58,046 nucleotides of DNA from Ionaspis alba (GCA_964255285.1 CAXUUL010000029.1:1-58046); one strand, 5' to 3'. Shown: positions 1-12,828, counted from the first letter of the stretch. Numbers and translations: made by a program. The notes: generated by a model not told the origin, from the sequence alone.

Positions 1-1338
1 CGCCGTTCGCGGCAGCCCCGCCACATACCAAAACGGCTGTCGTCGATTGGAAGCGAAGCGTCTGAAGCGTCGAGGTCTGCCTCTCGCAACAAACTCGAGT
101 CTTTCTCTTCTCACCTCGATCTCCTCCTAGTCACATGGTTTTCTGTACCACATTTCTGTGGATGGCATGAGCAGTAGCTGTTTGTCATAGGGGCAGAATC
201 AATGCACGAGGGATCAACTTCGTGTTTTTGTTTCAGTCTTTGCTTTGACCTGCGCCGGTGGTTCTAATTAATCTACGTTCCGCATGGCCAGCTTACCATC
301 TACAACGATTGACCAACAATTTTGCATCTCGAACACTCGATCCGATAGAGAGCCACAATGAACTCACCGGATCCGTCTATCGTCAAGAGCACGGAAAGAA
401 AATGAAGAGCAGCGGCAATATCGTCCGCGCATTGGATTTGCCAATGAATTGGCCTGCGGCTATGAGAAGCTCACGTCTTGACCATCTGCTGCCATATCAT
501 TTGGCGACACAGGAGTCTGAAACAGCCTGATGTATGAAAACTATCTTGTCCAGCCGCTTAAGTCCATCGGCTGGTAGCTTTCGGGGAAACTGTTGAAGAA
601 TGGCCATACGGCTGTCGGGTCTGGCGTCGGGAGCGTGGAGCGGCATATTGCCATGCTGCAGGTACAGATCCGGGGTAGATCCGGGGTAGATCTGGTAAAA
701 TCTGGGGAAGTCGAGGACAGAGAGGTCCAAGAGCCTGGGGATAAAAGCAGGTGTATAAAGGACGGGTCAGGCTGGCAATATCGCAGATTTTGGTTCAAGA
801 CCAGCAACAGCAGACGAACTTCCTCTATAGCTAGCTCAAGGCATGTTTCACTGCTATTGTCACTCTCCATCACTGGCCCTCCAGTCGTAGTAGCGCTGTC
901 CATCAAACATCAAGCCTGGTGGCACTCTCTGCCTATCAATCCGTCACGAGTGCAACGTTAACGAGGCAGAAAATGCCCCACCGCCTCGATCGAGTAGACG
1001 GGCCCGCCAAACGAACCCGACACGTTTATAGCCTCCCTAACCACGGCCACCACAGCCGCCACGGCCACCATAACCACCAACAACCTTGCAAGCAGAATCG
1101 TCCTAGAAACCTCAACAGCAATCAGCACCAATATCACTATTATTCCGACGGCTCCTGGAAGCATCCTTCTTCTGTCCGAGAATCACGCTACTCGGATTTT
1201 GTGCCTTGCACCTACGACGAGCAAACCATCCTCACCCGACTGTACAAATATGCCCTCACCTTCATCTCTCAAGCCAACTCGACTAGTCTCTCACAGCGGA
1301 AGCTATTTGGCGGCAGTCGCAGCCAGCTGGATATTGAG

Positions 1339-2451
1339 ATGATAACTTCCTCTCCCTCGCCAACTCTCCACTCCCGAACGGCGTCGCCCTCACCGCGCAA
1401 CGCTTTGCACTCTCGTCCCAATAATGGACCGTACCGTTACTCCGTCTCTAACTCACCGCGTCCATACGTCAAACCGCCGTCTCCCGCTGCCTTCCCCCGC
1501 AGGCCATCGCAATCCCCAAACCTTGTTCAGAACTCTCATAAAAGGTCACATTCCTCAATTAAATCCGCTCACTCCCCGCCAAAGCAATCGGTAGATGTAG
1601 GTACCCAATACTCTCCACCCTTGCCACCCAAAGACTCAGGTTCCGAGGGCCTCAAGGCTCGGGGCAAGAGGAAGGAAAGATCGCCGTCTCTGCCAGGGGC
1701 TGCTCCCCCACCAGAGCCTGAGATCCCACCGCAGATGCCTTACAAGCGTGCAGAGCCTTCCACGACAAGCTCTCAACCTACACTCGCCTCCACAACGACC
1801 CTTGCGAACAATTCCTCGGCGGCCTCATCCTCTAGCCAGGGCTCCTCGCCCAAGCGAGCCCGACCTCCAAAAGCTGCCACAAAGATCATGCCAGCCAAAT
1901 ACGAAACGTGCGACGTAAAGGACCTGGTAGTTATAATCAGCAACATGCTCAATGAGCTTATTCGCTTCAACGACGAAATCCCTCTTAAGGACGGCCGTCT
2001 CACCCGCTTTCATTCTCGCGCGCCTCCAGGCATCAGTGTGAAGGACTACCTGCAGCGCTTGACGACACATGCTACTCTTCCACCTCCGATTTTGCTTAGC
2101 ATGGTCTACTACATCGACCGTCTCTGCGCCCTATATCCGGCTTTCACCATTTCCTCTCTAACAGTCCATAGATTCTTGATCACAAGCGCCACAGTCGCGA
2201 GCAAGGGGCTCAGCGATTCTTTTTGGACGAATAATACGTATGCCCGGGTGGGCGGAGTCAGTCTCAAGGAGTTGGCTCTTTTGGAGTTGGAGTTCCTATG
2301 GCGGGTGGAGTGGAGGATTGTGCCTAAGCCGGAGGTGCTAGAGGATTACTATCGGAGTCTGGTGGAACGAAGTGACGGCTTTGAGATTGGGTCAATGGTT
2401 GACGACACGGTGCAGATCAATCTAGGGAAGAACGACTCCGAGGGCTCATGA
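1339..2451 (+). CDS. Pho80/PREG-type cyclin (negative regulator of the PHO/NUC-1 pathway)
   Basis: The C-terminal cyclin box (LTRFHSRAPPGISVKDYLQRL...YYIDRL...TVHRFLITSATVASKGLSDSFWTNNTYARVGG...LELEFL) is typical of the Pho80 family and follows a Ser/Pro-rich N-terminus. Start taken at MITSSPSP (1339); an upstream in-frame ATG exists at 973. Confidence 0.88.
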   Translation: MITSSPSPTLHSRTASPSPRNALHSRPNNGPYRYSVSNSPRPYVKPPSPAAFPRRPSQSPNLVQNSHKRSHSSIKSAHSPPKQSVDVGTQYSPPLPPKDSGSEGLKARGKRKERSPSLPGAAPPPEPEIPPQMPYKRAEPSTTSSQPTLASTTTLANNSSAASSSSQGSSPKRARPPKAATKIMPAKYETCDVKDLVVIISNMLNELIRFNDEIPLKDGRLTRFHSRAPPGISVKDYLQRLTTHATLPPPILLSMVYYIDRLCALYPAFTISSLTVHRFLITSATVASKGLSDSFWTNNTYARVGGVSLKELALLELEFLWRVEWRIVPKPEVLEDYYRSLVERSDGFEIGSMVDDTVQINLGKNDSEGS

Positions 2452-3639
2452 AACCAATCCCTTCTTTGTGGACATCATACCAGCATCCTCGTTCTGCTCA
2501 GTATCTATATCTCACGCAGAATGGACAAGGAGCGTGAAGCGTGAGGAAATTTAGAGGGCATGCACAAGGGCTTTAGTTAATGGGTAAGAGCAATGTGAAG
2601 CTCGCAATTGCATGGTGCGGAGTTCAATCTAGTGGTAGTATACATATGAAAGAGGCGGTCCTCCGTAGCGGGACTGGTGAGAGCTACGTCGGCGCAGAGA
2701 AGAACGGGGTCTACATACTCTATTCCGAGATAATCAGCCCCTGAAAATGACATGGCAATAATCGTATGCAGAAAGTGAATGTCAGATCCATAATTCGAGA
2801 CATATCTTGATCTAAGTGCGAACTACGGGCTCTGATGCTTGCCTTCAATACAAGCTATCGTTGTTTCTACCTGCTGCTATCTCGAAAAGACAAAAGCGCT
2901 ATTGTGAGCTTCAATAGTTCAATTTACCTCTTTCACCTAGTACCACAACCCTAAAAAAAACCATTCGGTTCAAGTCACATAAAACGGCGATTAACCATGT
3001 GGAACCAGTAGGTATCGACATCTGCTTCTGAAGTCGATGACGGCGACCGCAAGAAAAAATTCCAGGGATGGCCTCACTGTGGTATCAAACAATGTATTTG
3101 CGGTGTCACTGAAGCCTGAGTAAAGACCTTTCAAAGCCTAAAAAAACTTTCAGTAGAGTGAAAAGAGCATTACCGATATGAGTTACAACTGTGTGTTCCT
3201 ATTCGTGGCCCATTGCAAGACCTAGAGCGTGCACAAAGCAGATACCATACCGGCAAAAGATCGACGCCGACCGTACGTTGTTCAGAAAACGGGATGGCTC
3301 GGAAAGTTGTGACTGTGATATCCGACAAGCATTCAGGGAGTGTAAGTGAATGCAAAACCTTTATGTAGCATACCGCCACAAGCTCCAACCATTCATCTGC
3401 GCTTTACTGCGACAAAGCATATTCCATATACTCATTAATGGTCAAGAGAATGTTCGTCAAACATACGTATTCATGTATAACCCGGCTCACATGTTTGAGC
3501 AACGCTGTAATTGGGAAGGCTATGGTAGAAGCAGCAGTATATAAACATAGTAAAGAGAGTGAATCGAGAGCTGATGGTGACGTGGAAACTAAGTTCTATT
3601 CTACATGTCCTCGGAATCCCGGGCGCTTCCACCCCCATT

Positions 3640-5836
3640 CTACCTTAGTACAACGACTGATACACACACGGCATACGCCCCTCTCACTGCGCAAGTAACA
3701 CAAGTCTGGTCTACCTCAACAACAATCGCCGACAGACCCATATGCGAGCACCATGCCCGTGCAAAAATTTCCAAATCCGCATTCCCAAAGGTCTCAACCA
3801 CAAGTACCTCCTTCGGGTCCTCAACAAATGGCTCCGAATCCAGCGAACTCTTGTTAGCGGACGATAGATGGGTCAGCCCCAAATCGAGGGAGGCCCCCGC
3901 CCACTCATGGATGTCAAGTAGCTCATCCGGTCTGACGAAGTTGTGGGCGTAGTCGTAAAAGAGTGGGTGGGGCCCAGAGTGGCAAGGTGGAGCGGAGATA
4001 AAAGAGACATCGAAGCGGAGGCGGACCGGCCACGATTCACCATCTATGGCAAAGACGACTGCCGCGTTATAGGTGTCGGGCTCCTTCTCGGTATCGCCTT
4101 TCGTCCACGGGAGGAATGCCAGCTTCTCAATTCGAATATTGTCAGTATAGGATGTGCGGTTGGGTAGCGGGAGGACGTATTCCTTCACGCGGTAGTATTT
4201 ATAGGGAGGCCCCAGTGGAGCCGTTCGTTCAGATATAGTGCGGATGTCGTTGATGTGCATTCTGTGGCTAACATGTGTTTGGCGGATCCGGATGAGCTGG
4301 GTGCGAGCCAGGTCGGGAGTTGGCATGCAAGGTCCGATCCAGCCGTTGACCTCTTTCACACCTTTCGCTGCTCCTAAAATCTTGCCGACAATGCAATCTG
4401 ATGCCCAATAGGAATTGTCGAGATACTGAAATCCGGTATTCGGATACAGGTGGTCGAGGCGAGCCAGCTTTGTAGCAGCATCGTCGTCTACATCGATCAG
4501 ACACTGCATAAGGAGCCAGGGAGCAGAAGGTCCAGGGAGAATCAATCCCGAGGTCCAAGACAGAGAGTAAAAGCTCTTCAACTCGATTGGAGATCCTTCA
4601 TTGTCAGTATTCCCTAGGCATTCTTCGACCTGTCTAATATGTGGCCACTTGATCTCGGACGCGAAATCCTGGAGGAGGGCGATCTGACGAGACTTGTTGC
4701 GGAAGTTAAACTGGTAGGGAGGCGTATCATCATCTTCGTCATATATTTCGATCCAGACGTTCTCGAGCCAGCGTGACGCAAGAGCGATGGTCCAAGAGAC
4801 ACGTGGAGCAAAATTGATGAGAATCTCATGTTTTTCCTCGTTTCCTAGACTGCCGAGATTCAGACGCAAGTAAAGCTCGACGCTCAGGAGAAGTTGGTGA
4901 TAGAATAGAGATGCCAGCTCACTATCTTCTGTTGAGAGGTAGTCGGCGATAATCTGATTGGACCTTTGGCCAAAATCGATCCACTTTTCCGCTTGTAGAA
5001 CCGTAGCTAAGCTTTTGATCTCCCCGGCAAGGCCATCATATCTACCCGGATCGAATATAATGTATGAATAGAAGTAGTCATATCTTTCCAAGTCCTAACA
5101 CACCTCTTAGCTGATTGGTGCCATAAGAGCATGATTCCCGTCACTTACATCTGTCTCTAAGCCCTCTTGAATAACGCCTAATCGTCGAATGATCCACGAC
5201 GTATCCAAGTCTCGATCAGCGGCCCTTGTGTAATCACAAGGATTGAGTTTGAATGAGGCGGCAGAGGTTGAGACCCAGTGATTCAGTGAAATAGTTCCTG
5301 GAAGTCTGCCATACAGCTTTATCATGCTTGGCTGTTCAACAGTTTCGTCGGGTGCGGAATTGCTGACTTCCAGGCTAAGAGTCATGTTCGCCATCGCTGA
5401 GGAAAGCTCACGGGCCCCGTCTTCGTCTGATTCATCATTTCCAGCGCGAGCATAGAACCAATGTCTACCGGTGGTAGCGTGGCGGTTCCTGACAGTATAA
5501 CCTTCAAAACCTATGGCTCCCTTGCAGATATGCGCGAGAGCCTCATTATGGGAGAGCTTCGTATGTTTCGTGAGCCCTGAAGAGGGCCAAGTGGGTATCT
5601 CGGCAGGAAAGCAGTAACTGTTCGAGATAGCATGGAAAGACGGCAAACTTGGAGACGAGGACGGGGACGGTTTCGAAAGAATTTGTCTCGAAAGTGACGA
5701 AAGGGGAGAACGTCGCTGGCGACGATTCCTGGACTTGTGGTACCCTGGCTCCGTCACACACTCATGGGGATGCTGGTGAGATCAGAAGCTGTACGATCAC
5801 AGAAGGACAAGGATAGCTTACCTTTGAACTAGACAT
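3640..5836 (-). CDS. Fungal protein of unknown function, 3 exons
   Basis: Exons 5836-5822, 5772-5149 and 5094-3640 join in frame through GT-AG introns 5821-5773 and 5148-5095 (MSSSK|HPHEC...ETD|DLERY). Long globular-looking ORF ending with a CxxC (TCVTCAVR). No family recognised. Confidence 0.75.
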
Positions 5837-6734
5837 GTCGGAAATGCGCTTATCAGCATTGACTACTCGAGTGAATGCGCCTTCTCTGACGTTTGACAGG
5901 GCCTTGAAACGAAGACTTGACAGAGACTGAGCACAATACAGCTAATGAAAGGCGGTACAAAACGACAGGAGTAACGGCAGTCTAGAGAATGGAGACTTTC
6001 TGCATCAGGCACGAACGTGTAGGAAGACTCCTACAAAAGGATCAGAGCAAGAGGAAAACACACTGTGATCATTAGTGCAGAATTTGGAACTAGTGAAAGG
6101 CTAGAAACCCTAGCCTTCCGGGTTCTTTGAGGAGTAAATAGATCCAAAAGCATGTCGCCAAAATGACAAGCCGTGCTCCGACAACCACAGAAGCTCGATA
6201 ACCAAGCCTGCATCTGCGCTCTTCCCCTGCTAGAGATTGCTAATCTCATGCAGGCAATGCAAATTGATGGTATCTTAGGTGAGTTGTATTTTCACGTCAG
6301 ATTCATGGTGTCGAACAAAAGCTTTTCGTGGTAGAAGCTGCGAGCATATACAGACAACTGCATGACATTGTAAGAATTCTACCACCAATTCAAGGGCTGA
6401 TCCTTCTGTAAGGTTAGGTTTTTATCACATGGTCGACGGTCAGACTGTGTTACCCATCCTATTACTGCGCCGTCCATGTAATGAAGAAACTGGTTGAGCG
6501 CTTCGCATAGTCTTTATCAGTGAACAGATTAACAATGCACAACGCAAAATGAGCCGGTAGCCTGTCAAATGGAGCTGGCTGTATTGCGCACATGGTATTT
6601 GCGAGACGCATCACCTCCTTTAATGCTTACTCTTCGACGCCAAGCCAAGATTCCCAAAGTAAATTACAGCCAAGGCAACAACCAGAGAACACAGGCAATA
6701 ATTGAGTATGTTGAGTTTATGAAAGGACTGTAAG

Positions 6735-9297
6735 TCATTCATCTAGGCTGCTGAGGTCATATGTCTGTTGCAACAATTCGCCTGGCTGATCGAGCGGTAA
6801 TGCTGGCAAGTCCTTACTGCTCATTGCGGCGCGGTACTGACACCGTTAGCAATGTACGATAGGTTCACGAAGTCAATCATCCTACCTTGAAGCCAAAATT
6901 GAGACCAAGGGCGACGACCAAGCTTATGCACACTATAATGGGTCCCAGGATATTGTCGAAGTCCTTGCCACTTCGCCGTTCGATCATTCGACTCCGAACT
7001 ATATACATACGCCAACCCCAGGCACCTGCGAAGATGGCGATGACCGTGTAGACGATGGCAAGGGCTCTAGCAACTTTGTTGTCAATGCCCGCACCATTAT
7101 AAAGACTCAGGGATAGAGATGCGAGCAGAACCGAAATGTGTTGCCATTTGATGAAAGTTCTGAAGGCAATGGTCAGCTAACTTTCATACACAGAGCGGTG
7201 AACTACAAACCTCTGGTTCGCTAGCCAAACCTTTGGCTCGACACGGACAGGACCCATATCTTTGATGAGCTGGCCAGGATGTCGAACACCTGGAGGCAAT
7301 GTGACATGGGACTGGCGACGGGCGCGAGCATACTTCGATGTTGAGAATGAAGGGAACAAAGATCGTAGACCGCCTGCTACGCCTCCAGCACGATTGCCCA
7401 GTTCACCATCGTTCTCAGACGTGTGCGCTTCTGCGACAGTATCATCATGGTCTGGAACCTTGAGAGGTTTATCATCGATCCCATCAGTATCATAATCATT
7501 TGTAGCAGACAGGAAAGCCGACGTCTTGCCCACGGGCGATCCAATGGCAGCCTTGAACGAAAAAATGGACTTTGCTCCGATAAAGCTGCCCACAGCAACT
7601 TCGTCTTCGACTTGCTTGGCTTTCTTCTCTTGCTCTTCTTTGAATGCTACTCCAGGATCTTTCCGAATATCTGTTTCCAGGGAGCTTATCCAGAATGGAA
7701 GAATGTTTACGTTACTTTCGAAAAGTGAAGCGATTCCGTGCGCAAATTTGGAAAATCTGGGCGCCTCCCTCACCAGGTGGGAGGACATGAGATCGCCGAT
7801 CCATTCGCTGGTACTCTTGGATGCGCCGTCTTTGACCTTAATTTCTAAAATTGCGTAGGGAAAACGTGAAACTTCGCCCTTCTTAATACTTGCAAAGGGA
7901 AATTCCAATTGGGCATCATCGATGTCGGAGCGATGCCATTGCTGAGGGTCACGACATGGTCGATCCGCATCTAAGCAGTCTTCGCGGATCAATGCCAGGT
8001 TCGTATCAATCGAAATCCGGACCCGGTTGTCTCCTGGGATTTGGAAAGCAGTTCTTGTATAGTTTGCCCGAAGCATGGGTTGAAGCTCGTGTTCTTGAAT
8101 GAATTGCTGGATTTCGTCTACGTTTTTCTCGAATTCCCAAATTTCCTCTGAGTTTTCTCCTTTACGATCTCGGAGCTTTTGCAAACTTTTGTCCATCTTA
8201 TACTCACCTTTGATGAACGACGTGACATATTTATCCTTGACTGAAAAGCGAACCTCTTGGCTCGAATTGTTCTCACCAAGGGTCTTCTTCTCCAGGAGAA
8301 TCTCTGGTTTCTCAGCTAATTGTCCGAACCAGCGAAGGCGTAAAGATGAGGCTCCGGCCACTTTTTCAATCTTGCGTGTGTACAAGGAAAAGTTCGAATT
8401 GTCGAAATAGAGTGAATTAATAGTTGGGTCACTCTGGCTACCCTCCACAACCTTCGCTGTCTTAGGATTATAGACGAGGACCGGCAGTCGTCTGAGAATG
8501 TACGTTTTCACCTCTAGCAGGTTTTCTGGGTGGACGAAGACTGGAAGAGATTTCAGCTCGAAGCATTTTCCTAATACAAAAAGCAGCTCACATTTGTTTG
8601 TTGTATATGTCGCTCCACCATTTTTGGACTCCGAAAACGAAACTGTCCGATCCCCATCGTGGTCGAGATGTTGTTGTACAAAAGAATACATTGCAGAAAG
8701 CCTTTCGGCAATTAGTGATAACCTCATGCTGCGAGGAAAGCAGTGCAAGCTATACCTATACAAGAGTGGCGAATAATCTTCTGAGTTGAAGGGCAGTGCA
8801 GCCAAGCGTACTTGAAGCAGAGGCCGAACTTTGTAATTAGAACCCCTTCGACGATCATGTTTCTTTACAGCCTTCAGAAATCCAGTGTAATTCACACGAC
8901 TGTATTTTTCGAGCTCGTTCATCTCCCTGCTGATACCATCAAGCTCTTTGAGAATCTCATGCTGTACTTGTTGTGTCGATTGCTTTTGCGAGCCGTCGCT
9001 CTCCTCATTATCGCTTTTCCCTTCTGTGGATGATCTGGAAGTCTCCAATTTCGATTCACAAGCGGCAGTCCTGTCTCGAAGGGTTCTGATGGTGTCCACA
9101 TGAAAAGCATTGACTTTCTCCAACTGCACATTGATGAGCTCCTCGACGAAACGTCCGTCGTCTTCATCTGTCCAAGGAATTGTGTCTCCATCTCCAGCTT
9201 CATCCTCACGGAGTAAGGCTTTAAGCTTTCCGTAATCGATGTAATTGCCATTCCATGGCTGGTATATGGAATTTTTGAGGGTTTTCCCGAACTTCAT
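6735..9297 (-). CDS. Vacuolar transporter chaperone (polyphosphate polymerase complex) subunit, Vtc2/Vtc3-type: SPX + VTC + DUF202 TM domain
   Basis: SPX start MKFGKTL and YIDYGKLK, NYTGFLKAVKKHD; VTC motifs SLYFDN, LRLRW, YTRTAFQIPGDNRVRISIDT, KFAHG; then VEPKVWLANQR|TFIKWQH and 3 TM helices. Introns at 8755-8702, 8591-8541, 7210-7160, 6885-6837. Confidence 0.92.
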
Positions 9298-9813
9298 AGT
9301 CCCATCGAGGATGCTCTCGAACGAAGTAGAAGGGACGTGCTGGATCTGTGGACGGTCATGAGCAGGACTACCAGCTGGTCTCTATACCCAAGCACGTTTC
9401 GTGTCATGACATGCCAATCACGGCAGCGTTGCTTGTGCTAGGAATCGTAAGCCTGTGTCGCAAGACGATCAATCGTACTCTGCCAGAACTGAAGATTGGC
9501 TCCATTCAAGCTGGGAAGGCTCTTGCCGAAACAACGACTCCATAATTTGGAGTTGGCTATGCTAAACGCCGATGTCGACTGACTAGCCGGACCTCGCTAA
9601 AAGTCAGTGCCAGCTAAATTGATTCGGACTTCGCGAAAGTCCCACCTAAACTCCCTGGAACGTACCCCTAAATTTTGGGGGATCTAAGCGAAAATAATTT
9701 TTGNNNNNNNNNNNNNNNNNNNNNNNNNNNNNNNNNNNNNNNNNNNNNNNNNNNNNNNNNNNNNNNNNNNNNNNNNNNNNNNNNNNNNNNNNNNNNNNNN
9801 NNNTTTTGCAAAC

Positions 9814-9819
9814 CACGTG
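9814..9819. promoter_or_regulatory. CACGTG E-box (candidate Pho4/NUC-1 site) in the divergent VTC/Nudix promoter
   Basis: CACGTG at 9814-9819 and CACGTT at 9393-9398. VTC genes are established PHO-regulon targets, but other bHLH factors bind the same motif. Confidence 0.4.
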
Positions 9820-9925
9820 CTAGCCAAAAGTCGGATGAGTTGTTCAACCTCGGTCCGAGATTTCATATCGAAAGTTTCACCTGTGCTATACGATACATAT
9901 TTGCCCTGCTCGTTTTTATCACAGC

Positions 9926-11254
9926 ATGGATGAGGACATCACGACACCGGTATCATCACTAATCATTCATCTCCAAGCATTACTATTAGATATCAATGAA
10001 CACCCATATCCCATGATCTCAAACCCACCAAATTGCAAAAAGCGAGCTTCTGTTGCTCTGATAGTCCGAATCAGACCGACTTATCCAGATCAACCCGTCT
10101 GCTCGCCGACAGAAGCTGACTTTAGAGAAACACCGTTCAAAGATACTTTACGGTCTTTTTTCAGGCAAGAATGGGTCCAGCGTGGTGATCCTGAAGTACT
10201 GTTTATCAGAAGAGCGGCGAGAAAAGGAGATCGTTGGACGAGCCATGTCGCCCTTCCCGGAGGGAAACGTGATCCATCTGATGAGAGCGATCGCGTCACC
10301 AGTATTCGAGAAACAGTAGAAGAAACAGGCCTTGATCTTGCTGCTCCACATGTACTTCAGGCGGGCAATCTACCCGAGCGTGTCGTGACTACCGCATGGG
10401 GTACTGTGCCACTGATGGTTCTCTGTCCCTTCGTGTTCCTTCTCACAAAATTCGATATCCCTCCCTTGCGACTTCAGCCAACCGAGGTGAATTCCGCTCA
10501 TTGGGTATCTCTACGCGCTTTGCTTTCTCCTTCCCTAAGGACATACGAGAGGTGCGATATTTCAGATCGTTTAGCTCGACAAGGAGATTGGTTTGTGCGA
10601 GGTTTCCTACGGGCTTCTCTCGGACAGATGCTTTACGCTGCGACATATCTCATTCCATCCGAGAGTGTTTTTTGCAGCTCTGTGCCCGGCTTCGTCCCCG
10701 AGAAGGCCCCACCATCGCCTATCGGTATTATTAAAGGCCAGATCATGGCTCCCTTTCTTACAGATCATGCGGGATCGAGTAATCCAGGAAGACCACTACT
10801 TCTGTGGGGGTTGACACATGGTATCATCGCAGACTTCCTCGACCTGCTTCCAGCACATGACACATTCAAACTGTGGCATTGGCCCACTCTCTCTGCCCCG
10901 GACATGCGCCTAGTGATCTGGCTTGTGACATACCGCTTCAGGAAACAAAAATTGGAAAAATTAAAGGCTCTGATCGGTGTCAGGAGCACTATAGAAGAGG
11001 GTCTGGACATACTTGACCCGTCAATACAACAGAGCTATATCAAGGAAAATTTCGAAGTCGAGGAAGACGGGGCCGGCTTCATTGGAGCTCATCGTTCCTT
11101 GACAAAGATATCTCGATCAAGTGCTGTTGGCCATATGCTCGAAGGATATTATAGACTCATTAGGAGAGCAGTGCTGATCGCAATTTTTCTTCGTCTTGGC
11201 CTAGGATCCGCACTGCTAGGCGCACTCATTAGAGGTTCTCGTCGAAAGTGCTAG
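9926..11254 (+). CDS. Nudix hydrolase family protein with C-terminal hydrophobic segment
   Basis: Intronless 442-aa ORF. RASVALI...EVLFIRRA..KGDRWTSHVALPGGKRD...IRETVEETGL is a Nudix box of the CoA-pyrophosphatase-like subgroup; also LLWGLT. Confidence 0.88.
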   Translation: MDEDITTPVSSLIIHLQALLLDINEHPYPMISNPPNCKKRASVALIVRIRPTYPDQPVCSPTEADFRETPFKDTLRSFFRQEWVQRGDPEVLFIRRAARKGDRWTSHVALPGGKRDPSDESDRVTSIRETVEETGLDLAAPHVLQAGNLPERVVTTAWGTVPLMVLCPFVFLLTKFDIPPLRLQPTEVNSAHWVSLRALLSPSLRTYERCDISDRLARQGDWFVRGFLRASLGQMLYAATYLIPSESVFCSSVPGFVPEKAPPSPIGIIKGQIMAPFLTDHAGSSNPGRPLLLWGLTHGIIADFLDLLPAHDTFKLWHWPTLSAPDMRLVIWLVTYRFRKQKLEKLKALIGVRSTIEEGLDILDPSIQQSYIKENFEVEEDGAGFIGAHRSLTKISRSSAVGHMLEGYYRLIRRAVLIAIFLRLGLGSALLGALIRGSRRKC

Positions 11255-11687
11255 ACAGCACAATTTACATAGATTGGGATAATGGGAACACGCGTTGGGA
11301 CGACGACAACGATAGAATTGTACACAGGCGTTGGGAATTCTTTGGCGGATAGTCTTAAATGATAGATGGTGACTTGCTCTGAGAAAGGGTTGTTCCATGG
11401 CAGGTACAGTTTTGTCGATTCCCACACACGGCATGGGAAAACACGCATGTGCATAGATTTTGACATCGATGACATCAGGATACAAGTGCAACAGCTAACA
11501 ACGATTCGCTGAGCGTTGTGTCCAAACCCAGAATCAGTAACTCCTATGGATATGGGGTATAGGTCTTTCTTACGTATATACATTAGAACGAGCCTCGCTA
11601 TAATGGACATACTTGTTGGGTAGTGACCGCAAGTGCCGTTGAAACGCCGACGGTATGAAGAATGAAAAAGAGAGGGAAGCGAAAGTC

Positions 11688-12828
11688 TCAAGCCCGTAAC
11701 TTTTTCTGCGTATCATGTTCCATATCTGCATGATCGTCGCCTATTCTTTCCGGTGCATCATCAAACACTTCCTCCTCGGTCATGACCCTCCGAACAGGAA
11801 CACCTTCTCCAATCTTCTCCGCGTTCCGGCCGGAATAATCCCCAGGCCCTTTGCTGCCGTTAGGAACATAAAATCTCCTGTCCACTCTCACAATCACGTA
11901 GAGCCAGGTAACCACGACTTCGATCGCAAAGTTGAAGACGTAGAAGCAAGCCTTCGAGTGGTACCAGGCGGGATCATTGCGCGGTCTCGGTTCCATGTAT
12001 TGGATTCCAACCCGGAACCAGGCTCCGAGAGCTAGCAAGACGGCTGCGGTGATCAGTATGTAAATCTTAGTTCTGTACCTCCCGCTGCCAAACTTCTCGA
12101 CTCGAGTCTTCCGAGGGATTATTAGGCCACCAAGAACGAGAAAGATTGGGAGGATAGCTACGACAGCGAAATAGGTGCCGCCGTAGAGTTGAACATCTCG
12201 GGCAATCCGCCTCAAGTTCAGGTCGAGCGTGTAAAAGCTCAACACGACAAAGGCTATGAGCAGGAAAAGGCTGACGACGATGATCACGTATATGGCAACG
12301 AAGAAGGCTGAGAAGAGAGGATGCCAAGCGCTGTTCGGGTGCGAAGCCCTCAGAATCCTTTGTGCGAAGATCAAGTTGATGATGAATAGCAGCACCACGC
12401 CAGCAGCGACAAGAACGCTGGCTGCAATCGCGATGCGCACATTGTCGAGGCGGCAAGCCCAGACAATGCGCATTATGCAGGTTGTGATTCGTGCCATACA
12501 GAAACCGAACATCAAGCCCGACATGATAAACTTGTGACCACGTCGGCGATTGAGTTGGAAGATGGTCATGTGCGCGACGGCGCCGCAGATGAAGAGGAAG
12601 AGGAAGACGGCGGTGATGGGGACGTCGAGGTTGACGGTGGGAGAGCCTCCGAGAGCGGCCGCTGTCGGAGCATATGGAGGACCTTCATCTTGAGGAGGCT
12701 GTGGGGCAGCTCGCTGTTGGATGTCCTGACATGCCGTTAGACTTGTGTCTGCATAGCTTGGGTCTGTATAGCGTTGCGGAAGCTTTATTTGGCGTGTTTT
12801 TACTTACTCTTTGCAAAACGGTATTCAT
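11688..12828 (-). CDS. DUF3112-like multi-pass membrane protein
   Basis: Exon 1 12828-12808 (MNTVLQR), intron 12807-12726 (GTAAGT...CTAAC...CAG), then GPPY...LGGSP..DVPI...HMTIFQLNRRRGHKF and about 7 TM segments; PAWYHSKACFYVFNF...RVDRRF.VPNG. Confidence 0.78.

Noticed and set aside
666..708. Short tandem repeat AGATCCGGGGT x2 plus degenerate copies
   Set aside because: Only two exact units, no spacers and no further structure; an ordinary slippage repeat.
9626..9680. Two small hairpins (GGACTT-CGCGA-AAGTCC; CCCC...GGGG) beside the first gap
   Set aside because: Stems are too short to distinguish from chance and the context is truncated by Ns.
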